DNA of 63,320 nucleotides, the filler included, from Octopus bimaculoides (Eukaryota), in assembly GCF_001194135.2 (NCBI RefSeq). It is 8 parts of 8 records of this genome, joined end to end, with 100 filler letters (N's around TTAATTAATTAA, not from the genome) between each part and the next. Parts side by side here need not be neighbours in the genome. Positions count along the whole stretch, not along the records: positions 61,647 to 63,320 come from NW_026295873.1; 7 more parts are not named here. One strand, written 5' to 3'. Shown in pieces: positions 61,547 through 63,320 of the stretch. The number at the start of each line of letters is the position of its first letter. The stretch's first letter is position 1. The position numbers and the translations under genes were made by a program. The notes beneath the pieces were generated by a model, which was not told where the DNA came from, searched no databases, and worked only from the letters and a program-made list of their open reading frames with translations.

Positions 61547-61834
61547 NNNNNNNNNNNNNNNNNNNNNNNNNNNNNNNNNNNNNNNNNNNNTTAATTAATT
61601 AANNNNNNNNNNNNNNNNNNNNNNNNNNNNNNNNNNNNNNNNNNNNGGTATTCACATTGACATTACACATCCAACGGAATATATATATATATATATATTG
61701 ACCGAGTAATCTGCACACTAAAAGGCTAATAAATTGTATATCATCTTATAGCTTCAATAATGAGGTTGTATTTGCATACAGGAGTGTCCTTTGTATACCT
61801 CTCCAGCTAAGCATTCCTAACCTTGCAGGCTTGT

Positions 61835-61946
61835 GAGTGCTGGTGCCACATAAAAAGCACCCGTAGCCATGTAAACTCACCTATGCTGGTGCTGCGTATA
61901 AGCACCCAGTTGCATTAGGGAGGGCATCCAGCTGTAGAAACCATGC
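61835..61946 (+). mobile_element. retroposon fragment (family G-like), cut by gap
   Basis: duplicated GCTGGTGC..CGT/CATA.AAGCACCC and AGGGCATCCAGCTGTAGAAACC. Confidence 0.5.
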
Positions 61947-62549
61947 NNNNNNNNNNNNNNNNNNNNNNNNNNNNNNNNNNNNNNNNNNNNNNNNNNNNNN
62001 NNNNNNNNNNNNNNNNNNNNNNNNNNNNNNNNNNNNNNNNNNNNNNNNNNNNNNNNNNNNNNNNNNNNNNNNNNNNNNNNNNNNNNNNNNNNNNNNNNNN
62101 NNNNNNNNNNNNNNNNNNNNNNNNNNNNNNNNNNNNNNNNNNNNNNNNNNNNNNNNNNNNNNNNNNNNNNNNNNNNNNNNNNNNNNNNNNNNNNNNNNNN
62201 NNNNNNNNNNNNNNNNNNNNNNNNNNNNNNNNNNNNNNNNNNNNNNNNNNNNNNNNNNNNNNNNNNNNNNNNNNNNNNNNNNNNNNNNNNNNNNNNNNNN
62301 NNNNNNNNNNNNNNNNNNNNNNNNNNNNNNNNNNNNNNNNNNNNNNNNNNNNNNNNNNNNNNNNNNNNNNNNNNNNNNNNNNNNNNNNNNNNNNNNNNNN
62401 NNNNNNNNNNNNNNNNNNNNNNNNNNNNNNNNNNNNNNNNNNNNNNNNNNNNNNNNNNNNNNNNNNNNNNNNNNNNNNNNNNNNNNNNNNNNNNNNNNNN
62501 NNNNNNNNNNNNNNNNNNNNNNNNNACACACATGCATGTATATATACAT

Positions 62550-62716
62550 ATATACGACGGGCTTCTTTCAGTTTCCGTCAACCAAATCCACTCACGAGGC
62601 TTTGGTTGGTCCGAGGCTATAGTAGAAGACACTTGCCCAAGATGCTACGCAGTGGGACTGAACCCGGAACCATGTGGCTGGTAAGCAAGCTACTTACTAC
62701 ATAGCCACTCTTGCAC
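62550..62716 (-). mobile_element. SINE family A copy
   Basis: near-consensus A sequence. Confidence 0.9.
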
Positions 62717-62764
62717 GTATAATATTTGGGCCGAATATGGCTGGTTTAAAAGCTAAAAGCTCGA

Positions 62765-62922
62765 ATCACTCTCAACAGTTTTAGAAAAAGATGTGTTCAA
62801 TAATGTGATTCTGGGTTACCTGCACGGAGGGAAAAGACAGGATAGACAGGGCTGGAATACTTTCGATCATAGGTCTGCTCTATCAGATTAAGGTTGACCT
62901 AGGGTTAAAGAGCAGCAGCAAC
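62765..62922 (+). mobile_element. repeat F 3' part
   Basis: GGCTGGAATACTTTCGATCATAGGTCTGCTCTATCAG...GACCTAGGGTTAAA then (GCA)n. Confidence 0.55.
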
Positions 62923-63320
62923 AATCACATATCTACCAGACTTTTGTTATTTTCTCTTGATTGATTATCAAATGAAACCTTCTAAGATTGAATAAAATAT
63001 AGAAAATAAATAAAATCACATTTAATGTTTACCATTAGGTCAGAACAGACACACACACACACACACACACATGTACACAAGCACATAGGTGCACACATGT
63101 ACACAAGCACATGCGTACACACGTATATGTATGTATGCATATACATTCATGCACATACAAATACACATGCACACATGTCTATGTGTGCTTATATATTTAC
63201 ATATATGCACACTTACATTATCTGTTTGTGCTTGAATGTGTGTGTATGAGTGTGTATGTGTGTATATATATATGTGTGTATATATCTATATCTATCTAGT
63301 TATCTCTCTCTCTCTCTCTC

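Overview
Repeat-dense, gap-rich AT-rich metazoan DNA. The SINE families and microsatellite load suggest a cephalopod, most likely Octopus; this is an inference from pattern recall, not a database result. No intact protein-coding gene, rRNA, tRNA gene or CRISPR array is supported, and most listed ORFs are microsatellite or N-gap artefacts. The window contains: (1) more than 30 tRNA-type SINE copies or fragments built from interchangeable modules (working labels A-E), including a head-to-tail SINE trimer inside one 13-bp TSD and a SINE nested in a SINE; (2) decayed non-LTR retrotransposons: several Penelope-like elements (PLEs), RTE-clade fragments, two HERO-like restriction-like-endonuclease 3' ends, and Tx1/L1 ORF1 and ORF2 pieces; (3) DNA transposon remnants: a maT-type DD37D relic, an internally deleted Tc1 with DD36E (Incomer-type) spacing, Helitron ends and MITE-like repeats; (4) at least three minimal type I hammerhead ribozyme motifs, one inside a ~366-bp TSD-flanked, (CA)n-tailed insertion; (5) several minisatellites; (6) three low-confidence minus-strand exon candidates. 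The TTAATTAATTAA islands inside N runs are assembly spacers.
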